Assembly: GCA_022825835.1 (NCBI GenBank)
Contig: JAJDVZ010000157.1
Coordinates: 50,322 to 114,321 of the forward strand
Direction: 5' to 3'
DNA: 64,000 nt
Source: Candidatus Latescibacterota bacterium
GTDB lineage: Bacteria; Latescibacterota; UBA2968; UBA8231
Part shown: positions 1-7,473 of the stretch, piece after piece
Position numbering within the stretch: the stretch's first letter is position 1
Layout: every line of letters begins with the position of its first letter
Translations under genes and position numbers: made by a program
The notes under the pieces: model-generated
The model's database searches: none
Seen by the model: only the letters and a program-made list of their open reading frames with translations
Told to the model about the DNA's origin: nothing

Positions 1-697
1 CCACGTTGGGATGCAGCCGGTCGCCGTGCGCCATAACCTCCCCGCAAAACCCCTCGCCGTGGTCGCCGCAGATAAAGACCGCCCATTCGTCGAGGTCGAT
101 GCGCTTGAGCAGTTCGACGAGGGAAAATTCCAGCACGTGGGTCACAGCCGCTTGGTAGTAGCGCAGAGCTTCTTCTACCTGACCAGATGCCACCAACTGA
201 CCCAAATCGGGCCGATGGGGTATGTCGCCCAAGCCGTAACCGCCGTGCGTGTACCAAAAGTGGAGGAACTTGAACTGCGGCCCGCTCGGCTCGATCAGTT
301 CGGCGCACAGGCGTTCGAGTGACCCCAAATGCTGCTGGGTAGCCGCTGGATCAACTGGCCCGATAAAAGGCGCGAAGTCGAGGAAGCGGAATACGTCTGG
401 CCGCTCGGAAAACCCCCGAACGCTGTATCCGGCTGCGGCAAAAAGGTCGAATAGGTTGACCACGCCCGCGAACATCTTCAGGTAGGTCTGCCCAAGAAGC
501 CCGTGCTCAAAGGGATACTGCCCAGTAAACAGCGAGGTGTGCGAAGGGCGGGTCGCCGGCGCGGTGACAAAGTAGCGCTCGGCAAAGGCGTAATCCCGCG
601 TCAGTAGATCGAATTTGGGCGTGTTAATCCTCGGGTTGGTCCGGCTCAACGCGTCGTAGCGCCAGCAGTCGATGGAGACGATTAGGAATTTTGACAT
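1..697 (-). CDS. sulfatase-like hydrolase/transferase (alkaline-phosphatase superfamily), N-terminal 232 codons; gene runs off the left edge
   Basis: Hand translation of the minus strand from ATG (695-697) stays open to position 1: MSKFLIVSIDCWRYDALS...TAPATRPSHTSLFTGQYPFEHG. This is the metal-site and nucleophile-loop layout of sulfatase-like enzymes. It is absent from the ORF track because it has no stop in the window. The + ORFs 11..322 and 249..485 are antisense shadows. Confidence 0.6.
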   Translation of the reverse strand, partial: MSKFLIVSIDCWRYDALSRTNPRINTPKFDLLTRDYAFAERYFVTAPATRPSHTSLFTGQYPFEHGLLGQTYLKMFAGVVNLFDLFAAAGYSVRGFSERPDVFRFLDFAPFIGPVDPAATQQHLGSLERLCAELIEPSGPQFKFLHFWYTHGGYGLGDIPHRPDLGQLVASGQVEEALRYYQAAVTHVLEFSLVELLKRIDLDEWAVFICGDHGEGFCGEVMAHGDRLHPNV

Positions 698-770
698 GGA
701 TTTATGGGATGAATGGGATGGGGGTAGGGGAACAGGATTTATGGGATTTATGGGATGGACAGGATTCATG
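698..770 (-). repeat. intergenic cluster of short direct repeats (GGATTTATGGGAT on +, ATCCCATAAATCC on -) directly upstream of the sulfatase-like start codon
   Basis: ggatttatgggat occurs at 698-710 and 735-747. An overlapping gatttatgggat lies at 745-756, with degenerate copies gaatgggat (711-719) and ggattcatg (762-770). Confidence 0.6.
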
Positions 771-783
771 TTAAATCAACTCG

Positions 784-2148
784 TCAGTCGAGCAGCCGTG
801 CGTTGTACTGGCGCGGGCCGTGATGGTAGCGGTCAAACCGGCTCTCGTCGAGTGGCGCGGGTGTGTAGATGTACACGGCATCGCCATAAGGATCGTAGAG
901 CACCACTTCCTCGCGCTCGTCGCCGCAGACATCGGCCGGGAAGCAGTGATACCATCCCATCTTGCCGCCGGTTGGCGGTGGCAACTCCGGGAAGGTTGCG
1001 ACCTTGTTGCCGTGCCCGTCAAAGAGGGCCGCCGGGCTATACAGCAGATCTCCGTGCTCCGGCCCGTTCCAGCGCACGATTTCCATGCCTGTGTTATTGG
1101 GCGACTTATCTACTTGGAAGCGGTTGAGCACAACACCGTCTTGCGCGACGATCATCACGTCCGCGTGGTGTCCGTTGTAGCGGATGGCCAATTCGCGGCC
1201 GGGTAGTTCGGGTCGCAAGTTGCCGCAGCGCACCTCCTGCCCGTGCGGCACCACGTCCGCCCCCAAGTGCAGCACGCGGCGACCGCTGCCGTCGAGTACT
1301 TGGCCGCCGCCCGAGACAATGGCCGCTGGCTCCGTGCCCCATTGATCGACCAATACGCTGTCTGCATGGTCGCCCAAAAAGGTTTCCCACAAAACGCGTC
1401 CGTCGTGGTCGAGGCCAAAGTGCCCGCCGTTGACCTCGTCGCGCCCATCGCCGTCCAAGTCACCGACGGCCGGAATGTACGCCGCGTGTTCCGGGTAGCG
1501 ATGCCACTTGCTGCGATAGTGCCACAGCACTTCGAGCCGGTCGTTGAATGCGAGGACATCGCAGCCTAGCTTGACGACAAAATCGCACGGCTGGTCGTGC
1601 CCGGAGAAATTCGCAATCAGCAGCCGCTGATGCACGTAGTTGGGGACGTGCATTTCCCCGTCTGCGTAGGCGTTGCAACGCGCCAGTTCCTCGGGCGCGG
1701 CGCAGTGTTTAACCGCACCCGTGCGCCCGTCGAGGATGGCGATGTGCACATCTGCGAGGTTCCATTTGCTGGTGCGCTTCACGTGGGGATCGACGAGGAA
1801 ACAGAGGACCTCTTGCCGCCCGTCTTGGTCAATGTCGCAGATGGCTACCGGCCCCGGGCGGTCGGGAGAAATGGTCGTGAGGCGTTCGGGACCGTCCGCG
1901 TCGAGCGCGGTAAAATCCCGATCCCCCACTGCCCAAAGCGGCTCGCCAGCGAGCGAAAAGGCTCCTAGAAAGCAGGGCTTGATGCCTCCGAGAGCATTGT
2001 ACACGAGGAAATCGACCTGTCCGTCGCCAGTCAGGTCGCCGATGCGAATGTCCCCGCCGGTGCGCTCGCGGACGAACTCGTCGGGCAAGGGAATTTTTTT
2101 GTAGAGTAAGGCCGCTGCGGCGCATGTTGGGTTTTTCACGGGATGCAA
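784..2148 (-). CDS. FG-GAP/VCBS-repeat beta-propeller protein
   Basis: 454-aa ORF with repeated Ca-loop-like motifs GDLTGDGQVD, CDIDQDGRQE and GDLDGDGRDE, typical of FG-GAP blades. The overlapping + ORFs are high-GC shadows. Confidence 0.7.
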   Translation of the reverse strand: MHPVKNPTCAAAALLYKKIPLPDEFVRERTGGDIRIGDLTGDGQVDFLVYNALGGIKPCFLGAFSLAGEPLWAVGDRDFTALDADGPERLTTISPDRPGPVAICDIDQDGRQEVLCFLVDPHVKRTSKWNLADVHIAILDGRTGAVKHCAAPEELARCNAYADGEMHVPNYVHQRLLIANFSGHDQPCDFVVKLGCDVLAFNDRLEVLWHYRSKWHRYPEHAAYIPAVGDLDGDGRDEVNGGHFGLDHDGRVLWETFLGDHADSVLVDQWGTEPAAIVSGGGQVLDGSGRRVLHLGADVVPHGQEVRCGNLRPELPGRELAIRYNGHHADVMIVAQDGVVLNRFQVDKSPNNTGMEIVRWNGPEHGDLLYSPAALFDGHGNKVATFPELPPPTGGKMGWYHCFPADVCGDEREEVVLYDPYGDAVYIYTPAPLDESRFDRYHHGPRQYNARLLD

Positions 2149-2182
2149 AACCTTTTCGCCCCACCGCGGCCAGAGGGGCGCG

Positions 2183-2671
2183 TTAGTCGGCGTCGGCCAA
2201 TCCTGCGAGAAAGTCGATAAAGACCGCCAGTTCGCCCTTGACTTGGGCGAAGTCGCCAGCTAGCGCTTTGACCAGCGGCCTCATCCGCTGCGGATCAAAC
2301 TCAAAGGCATAGACGTTGCGTACCACGTGGCGGAAGCGCAGATATTCGTCCAAACGCTTGATGGTCTCGTTAGAAAATACGGCCGGCCGTATTTGCGGTA
2401 GCGGGGTGGCCATTTGCCGCAGCAACTCTTGATGCCATTCGGCACCTGCGGGTACATGTCCATCTACTTCAGTGGCGATATAGCGCAAAACGCGCTCCAG
2501 GCCGGTGTAGAAATCGTGTAGGTTGAGCGCGATCGCGTCCCAATAGAGGTCGCTATTCACCGAGTCTCCTTCGCTGGCCTCCGCTGCTCTGCGGACCCGA
2601 GTGACGACCTCCTCTATGTTTTCCAATTCGCTGCGGATGCGCTCGGCACTGACGATGTGGCGAGAGATCAT
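2183..2671 (-). CDS. HepT-like (HEPN-superfamily) toxin partner of an MNT nucleotidyltransferase
   Basis: 162-aa helical protein with LRFRHVVRNVYAFEF (an R/H-rich HepT-like motif). Its ATG overlaps the stop of the upstream NTase gene as ATGA (2668-2671). Confidence 0.55.
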   Translation of the reverse strand: MISRHIVSAERIRSELENIEEVVTRVRRAAEASEGDSVNSDLYWDAIALNLHDFYTGLERVLRYIATEVDGHVPAGAEWHQELLRQMATPLPQIRPAVFSNETIKRLDEYLRFRHVVRNVYAFEFDPQRMRPLVKALAGDFAQVKGELAVFIDFLAGLADAD

Positions 2672-3048
2672 AGATCAATTCCTTCGCGCTCGATAACCGC
2701 TCTTAGCGCGGGACGGCAACAGGCCATATCGACCAAGTTTACTTCGATATCCGGGTCGAGGTCCATGACCGCTCCGAGTGCTCGCCAAGTGTCCTCTGGC
2801 CGGAGGCCCCAAGCGGCGATATCCACGTCGGACCAAGGGTTGAATCGGTCCTCGTGCGCCAGTGAGCCGAAGAGCACCACCCGCTTGGCGTTGAAGCGTT
2901 CCTCTAGTAGGCGGGCGGCTTGCCGCGCCAGATCCCAAGCGCGCTGACGGCGTTCGCGCTGACGCTCCTTTTCGGCACTGTGGCGTTGGCGAGCCGCCTC
3001 GCGGTAGGCATCCATTTCAGCGGGTGTTATTGGGAAATAGGTAGGCAT
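2668..3048 (-). CDS. MNT-type nucleotidyltransferase-domain antitoxin
   Basis: Internal ATG at 3046-3048 gives 126 aa with VVLFGSLAHEDRFNPWSDVDIAAWG (the GS...DxD minimal NTase motif). The longer 258-aa track ORF (to 3444) has an implausible N-terminus antisense to the next gene. Confidence 0.7.
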   Translation of the reverse strand: MPTYFPITPAEMDAYREAARQRHSAEKERQRERRQRAWDLARQAARLLEERFNAKRVVLFGSLAHEDRFNPWSDVDIAAWGLRPEDTWRALGAVMDLDPDIEVNLVDMACCRPALRAVIEREGIDL

Positions 3049-3226
3049 GGCCAAAGCCGTTGATCGAGGGTCTAGTAGCGATGCTGCGTCTAGCGAGAAA
3101 TATACGCATGATGCCGACAAAAGTGAACGGTTTGGCAGGAGCGGGAGAGATTGCGTCTCAGGTGTCTTGCGATATATTCCTCGCCAGAGTTGCCCTAGCA
3201 CTGTGCAAATTAGCGAAAGGAACGCC

Positions 3227-4183
3227 ATGTCCTTTAAGTTCGTCTTTCTGTCACCCGCCCGCGAGCTAGCCGCAGCAATGTCTGAAGCGGTCCCCGCGAT
3301 GGAGATCGTCCAATGCGAAAGCCGCGCCGAAGCCCTAGCCGCTCTGCCCACAGCGCAAGCCTGTTTTGGCACCTTGGATTCAGAGCTGTTGGCCGCGGCC
3401 GTCCAGCTCAAGTGGTTGGCCGCCCCAGCCGCTGGCCCGGCCAAGGGGTATTACTTCCCAGAACTCATCGCCAGCGACGTGGTGGTGACCAATTTTCGCG
3501 GCATCTTCAACGACCACATCTCGGCCCACATCATGGCCTTTGTGCTGGCGCTCTCGCGCGGCATGCACCGCTACTTCCGCTACCAGTTCGACAGCCAATG
3601 GCGCAGCGGAGGGGAAGCGAGTCCCTCGACCTATCTGCCCGAGGCCACCGCGCTGATCGTCGGCGTCGGCGGGATTGGCGCAGAGACTGCGCGCCAGTGC
3701 AAGAACTGGGGCATGACGACTGTTGGCATCGATCCTCGCGTTGAGTCGCCGCCTGCGGGGGTTGACGAATTATATCGCCCGGACAAGCTCGACCAACTTT
3801 TGCCGAGAGCGGATTTCGTCATTCTCACCGTGCCGCAGACGCCGCAGACCGAGGGTTTTTTCACCAGCGCCCGGTTCGAGCAGATGAAGAATAGTGCGTA
3901 CTTCGTCAACATTGGTCGCGGGGCGAACGTCAAGTTGGCCGACCTCGACCAAGCCCTGCGCGAGGGCCAAATCGCCGGTGCTGCCCTAGATGTGTTTGAG
4001 CAGGAGCCGCTGCCGCCGGAGCACCCGCTGTGGACGGCCCCGAACTTCCTGATGACCCCGCACGTGGCCGCGGCCGGTCCTTATCTGAGCGAGCGCCGGC
4101 GCGACCTGATGGTGGAAAATTGCAAGCGCTTTGCTCGTGGTGATGAGCTGGTGAACGTGGTGGATAAGGAGAGCTGGTTCTGA
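3227..4183 (+). CDS. D-isomer-specific 2-hydroxyacid dehydrogenase family, NAD-binding
   Basis: ATG at 3227 preceded by AAAGGAA. Motifs LIVGVGGIGAETAR (GxGxxG), FVNIGRG and MTPHVA are typical of this family. Confidence 0.8.
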   Translation: MSFKFVFLSPARELAAAMSEAVPAMEIVQCESRAEALAALPTAQACFGTLDSELLAAAVQLKWLAAPAAGPAKGYYFPELIASDVVVTNFRGIFNDHISAHIMAFVLALSRGMHRYFRYQFDSQWRSGGEASPSTYLPEATALIVGVGGIGAETARQCKNWGMTTVGIDPRVESPPAGVDELYRPDKLDQLLPRADFVILTVPQTPQTEGFFTSARFEQMKNSAYFVNIGRGANVKLADLDQALREGQIAGAALDVFEQEPLPPEHPLWTAPNFLMTPHVAAAGPYLSERRRDLMVENCKRFARGDELVNVVDKESWF

Positions 4184-4268
4184 GAAAGGGTTGCAAAGCC
4201 CTATCGGCTGTCGCACGACGGCAAGGTATCCGCAGATGAACGCAGATGCGAAATGACGTTGGTAAGCG

Positions 4269-4892
4269 CTAGGGCAGCGTGCCTGTGATAAGCAGGTACG
4301 CGTCGGCTTTGACCTCGCCGTTGATTTCCCACTCCTTGAGTTCGCCGCCGAGCTTCCCGATGACCTTTTCGCTCAGCTCGTGAAAGGGCGGGCGGCCCGG
4401 GTCGGCGATGATGATCTGCCCGACTTCGACCTCGACCGCCTTTTTGATCAGCTTGTAGAGCGGCTTGACCATGTCGTCCCAGAAGCAAATATCGGCTCCG
4501 ATGATCAGGTTGGTTTGGCGTAGGTCTTTCTTTTTCACCTTCTCGAACTTGCAGCGCCAGGTCTCTATTTCGACATCGTTGATCTCAGCGTGTAGCTGCA
4601 GGTAGGGAAAGACCGCCGCGTCCGCGTCCATGCCCGTGACGCGGGCACCGTGGTTTTTGGCGCAGTATATCCCGGCGAGGCCCCAACCGCAGCCTATATC
4701 CAAGACCCGCGCCTTTGGCGGCAGACCTTGGTGCGAGAGGAAGTCCATCACGCACCAGCTCGAGTTCCAGAATTTGTTGCCGTGGATGCAGGGCTCGTGC
4801 TTCTTTTTTTTGGCGCGCACTTGAGGGTGAGCGGCTTTGAGTACCGTGATGCCATACGCTTGGCGCGAGGTTTTCTTTTTTTCTTTGGCCAT
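4269..4892 (-). CDS. class I SAM-dependent methyltransferase
   Basis: 207 aa with motif I VLDIGCGWGLAGI and a post-I acidic residue (VTGMDAD). Confidence 0.7.
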   Translation of the reverse strand: MAKEKKKTSRQAYGITVLKAAHPQVRAKKKKHEPCIHGNKFWNSSWCVMDFLSHQGLPPKARVLDIGCGWGLAGIYCAKNHGARVTGMDADAAVFPYLQLHAEINDVEIETWRCKFEKVKKKDLRQTNLIIGADICFWDDMVKPLYKLIKKAVEVEVGQIIIADPGRPPFHELSEKVIGKLGGELKEWEINGEVKADAYLLITGTLP

Positions 4893-4931
4893 GTCGCTCT
4901 GTTATTTCCCACCGGGAAGTTAGTTTTCTCG

Positions 4932-5711
4932 TTAGAATCCCCACACGCGCGCCGCGGTCTTCCCCATGACCCACTCGATATCATCGCCGTCGGCAAAGGC
5001 TGGATGCTCGATGACGGCGCGTAGCGTATTGGCGTAGCCCTCTCTGCCGGCGCTGGGCGGGAAGTCGCTGCCCCACATCATGCGTTGCACGCCGAATGCG
5101 TCCTTGGCCATCTCGAACAGTGGTGGTACGTGGCCGAATTCGAGTTCGGGGAGCAGGCGCGGCGGGCGGGCGCAGATTTCGCCTAAGCCGGGGACTTTGA
5201 TGCTGGTGTTGTCGCGCTCGCCGTGTTGCAGGGCTTTGGCGTAATCGGCGTAGGGCGGCTCGGCAATGCCCACGCCTGCGAGGTGTTCGAGGATGACGTG
5301 TGTGTCGGGGCACGCATCGAGCACGCGCGAGAAGTCGCCGGCAGCGAACTGGGGTGCATTGCCGATGCTGGAGACTACGAGGCCGAGTTCGCCGGCTCTG
5401 CGCCACATGTCGTAAGGGCCTGCGTTGGCGAACTGTCCACCGGGGGCGATGCGAACACCGGCGGCCCCTTGCTCTGCGAGTTGCGCAAGATCGCCGAGTG
5501 GATCGCAGGACTCGGGATCGACGAGGACTGCAATTTTGAAACGGTCTGGTCGCTTGGCGGCCTCTTGGAGGAGGTAGGTGTTGTCGTAGGTGCCGCCGTG
5601 TTGGATGAGGGCGGCCTTGTCAACGCCGTTGCGATCCATCTCGAATTCGAGCGTCTCGATAGGCTCGAACCAGTTGTTCCCGGCGTGGCAGTGCGTGTCG
5701 ATTATCAGCAT
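4932..5711 (-). CDS. amidohydrolase-family (TIM-barrel metal-dependent hydrolase) protein
   Basis: 259 aa with N-terminal MLIIDTHCHAG (HxH metal motif) and a C-terminal WGSDFP motif. Confidence 0.75.
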   Translation of the reverse strand: MLIIDTHCHAGNNWFEPIETLEFEMDRNGVDKAALIQHGGTYDNTYLLQEAAKRPDRFKIAVLVDPESCDPLGDLAQLAEQGAAGVRIAPGGQFANAGPYDMWRRAGELGLVVSSIGNAPQFAAGDFSRVLDACPDTHVILEHLAGVGIAEPPYADYAKALQHGERDNTSIKVPGLGEICARPPRLLPELEFGHVPPLFEMAKDAFGVQRMMWGSDFPPSAGREGYANTLRAVIEHPAFADGDDIEWVMGKTAARVWGF

Positions 5712-5840
5712 TTGAAGCGGCCTTTCAAAGAGGTGTTTGTTAATCGCACTTCGTTATTTTCGCACAGAAAGTGGACGTACTACGCGGCTGTTTCAGCACT
5801 GAAACAAGCGAAAGGGCAAGGGATTTGCAAGCTGGCAGGA

Positions 5841-6260
5841 TCACCCTACGAATGACTCCTCGCCTCTTTCCTTCTGTTTCTGCCTTATCTCGGCGATTTC
5901 TTCGCCTGTCAGACGTTCTTCGTCCGTTACAATAGTTTGTTCGATGAGTTCCAACTTCAATTCCCGGTTAGTCAGCCACTCCCAGCGATCGGCATTTGCC
6001 GGGTGGGGATGGGGATACACATCCTCAGGCCCAATGTCATCGGAGACGACATAGAGATAACCGGGCGTGACGCCGTTGTGCTTAATTCTGAGTTTGTCAG
6101 ATAGAGACTCCCCTTCGTCAGACATAGAAACAATTGATGGTCTATGCGAGAACGCTTTCGCCACATTTCTATTCTGTGTGATCGAACTCCCGACCCGCAG
6201 TTTCGTCAGCTCTTCCTGAGAGCCGTGATACCACGTAAGGCTGTAATCGCAGTTTGGCAT
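5841..6260 (-). CDS. hypothetical protein (139 aa), first gene of the A/T-richer patch
   Basis: Clean ORF. Its ATG overlaps (TAATG) the stop of the relic FMN-reductase 3' end. It has an N-terminal WYHGS motif but belongs to no family I can name. Confidence 0.55.
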   Translation of the reverse strand: MPNCDYSLTWYHGSQEELTKLRVGSSITQNRNVAKAFSHRPSIVSMSDEGESLSDKLRIKHNGVTPGYLYVVSDDIGPEDVYPHPHPANADRWEWLTNRELKLELIEQTIVTDEERLTGEEIAEIRQKQKERGEESFVG

Positions 6261-6372
6261 TAGATTTCCCAGTCCGATCCATAGGACCGGTTCTTGAGTC
6301 GCTCCGCAAGTTCGGTCAGTGCAGCTAGAGGCCTGTTTAATCTTGCCGTCGTTGCGTCGTCGAGTTCGCCTT
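6260..6372 (-). repeat. relic copy of the 3' end (36 codons plus stop) of the FMN-reductase gene; direct repeat of 9967-10079
   Basis: Hand alignment to 9967-10079 is ungapped over 113 bp with 9 mismatches. It encodes GELDDATTARLNRPLAALTELAERLKNRSYGSDWEI* and is closed upstream by an in-frame TAA (6371-6373). Confidence 0.85.
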
Positions 6373-6420
6373 ACTTAATCCAATTGCCGTCATCAAGATA
6401 TCCCTGCTCATACTAATGGG

Positions 6421-7473
6421 TTACGAATACCCCAACATATATAGGGATTCAATGAGTAGCTGCACCCGGTGTTCATCACTAACACCATCCCATGTGGAGC
6501 AAAGTACCTCGAACGCCTTCATGGATACTTGGATTGGCACTGCAATGTCGTCCTCGATTTTATTATCCGTCAGTCCTTTGAATAGGTCTCTGCTTATCTC
6601 AAGGATTACATCGCTTACGGCCTCCTTCGTAAGGTTCCCGAGAATTCGCTCAAGTGACCGAGCCGTTGCGGACGAAACCCAGAGATTCACGGTATCTGAA
6701 TCTACTGGCTCACTTTGAACTCGAAAGTAGTATAGATTAGGATCAGTTGGTGAAGGAACATCGAAATACGGCTGGATCTTTATCCCAGCAGAGGTTGTAA
6801 CTGAATATCTCTTTTGATGGGTATCGCGTTCATAGATCCATAGACTCTTACTTCCTTTTCGGGCACCTCGCGGGGGCGTCTCGTTCCATTCAGCATAGAA
6901 GTCGGTGACATTCAACTTGCTGAGCCGTTGCTCAAAATACATGAACTCCCTCAATGTATTTTCCCACAAGAGCCACCCGATTCTCATATCCGGTTTCACC
7001 TCTGGTGCGCTCTTTCGCACATTCTCCGTCCTCTCATCAATGAGCGAGTTGTACTGCTCAAGCACATCCTGCATGACGGTATCCGCAGATTGGTCAACAT
7101 CTTCAATACGTATAGACCTTGTAGCAGACGGATGCATAAGTGTAGTACCACAAAAAGTTCTTATGGAACGTCCTCTTAGATTGCTACAGCGGAGCAATTT
7201 CTGTTCTACTCCAAGTCCCGAATGTATGACATCTATATTGAGATTGCTCCAACCGGTCTCAGGGATACCCTTCGCAAGACAGTAGACAGAGGTCCAATCT
7301 CCTTCCTCCATCTTTCGACCCATCATCGAAGCCACTTGCGTGGCAAGCCGTATTTTTGCATTGAGGGCTTCTTCGTCAGTGAAAGCCGGCAAGGTTGCAT
7401 TATGGTTAAGGTGAATCACTATCTCTGCACTCCAGTACTTCAAATGCGATCTCACGAAATGTAGAGAAGTCAC
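6421..7473 (-). CDS. candidate type II restriction endonuclease (PD-(D/E)xK)
   Basis: 350-aa ORF directly downstream of the DNA MTase. It contains NIDVIHSGLGVEQK (D-x8-E-x-K). The start is uncertain: GTG 7473 overlaps the MTase by 68 nt, with alternatives GTG 7419 and ATG 7326. Confidence 0.5.
   Translation of the reverse strand: MTSLHFVRSHLKYWSAEIVIHLNHNATLPAFTDEEALNAKIRLATQVASMMGRKMEEGDWTSVYCLAKGIPETGWSNLNIDVIHSGLGVEQKLLRCSNLRGRSIRTFCGTTLMHPSATRSIRIEDVDQSADTVMQDVLEQYNSLIDERTENVRKSAPEVKPDMRIGWLLWENTLREFMYFEQRLSKLNVTDFYAEWNETPPRGARKGSKSLWIYERDTHQKRYSVTTSAGIKIQPYFDVPSPTDPNLYYFRVQSEPVDSDTVNLWVSSATARSLERILGNLTKEAVSDVILEISRDLFKGLTDNKIEDDIAVPIQVSMKAFEVLCSTWDGVSDEHRVQLLIESLYMLGYS

Noticed and set aside
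820-1206. Many long ORFs overlapping or antisense to clear genes. Examples are 820..1206, 1155..1559, 13246..13896, 21893..22648, 29370..30074, 43063..43902, 44868..45620, 57254..58093 and 60309..61433.
   Set aside because: They have Arg/Ala/Gly/Pro-rich, motif-free translations typical of shadow frames in high-GC DNA. Each lies fully inside a gene whose product has recognisable family motifs.
3047-3444. Long N-terminal extensions: dehydrogenase from ATG 3047 and NTase from 3444. Similar over-long track starts occur at 38527..40074 (proB), 47451 (ppk2), 21377 (sulfatase), 32167 (serA), 37485 (glyQS) and 38311 (recO).
   Set aside because: The extensions overlap neighbouring genes or are low-complexity. 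Internal starts with an SD and canonical family N-termini fit better.
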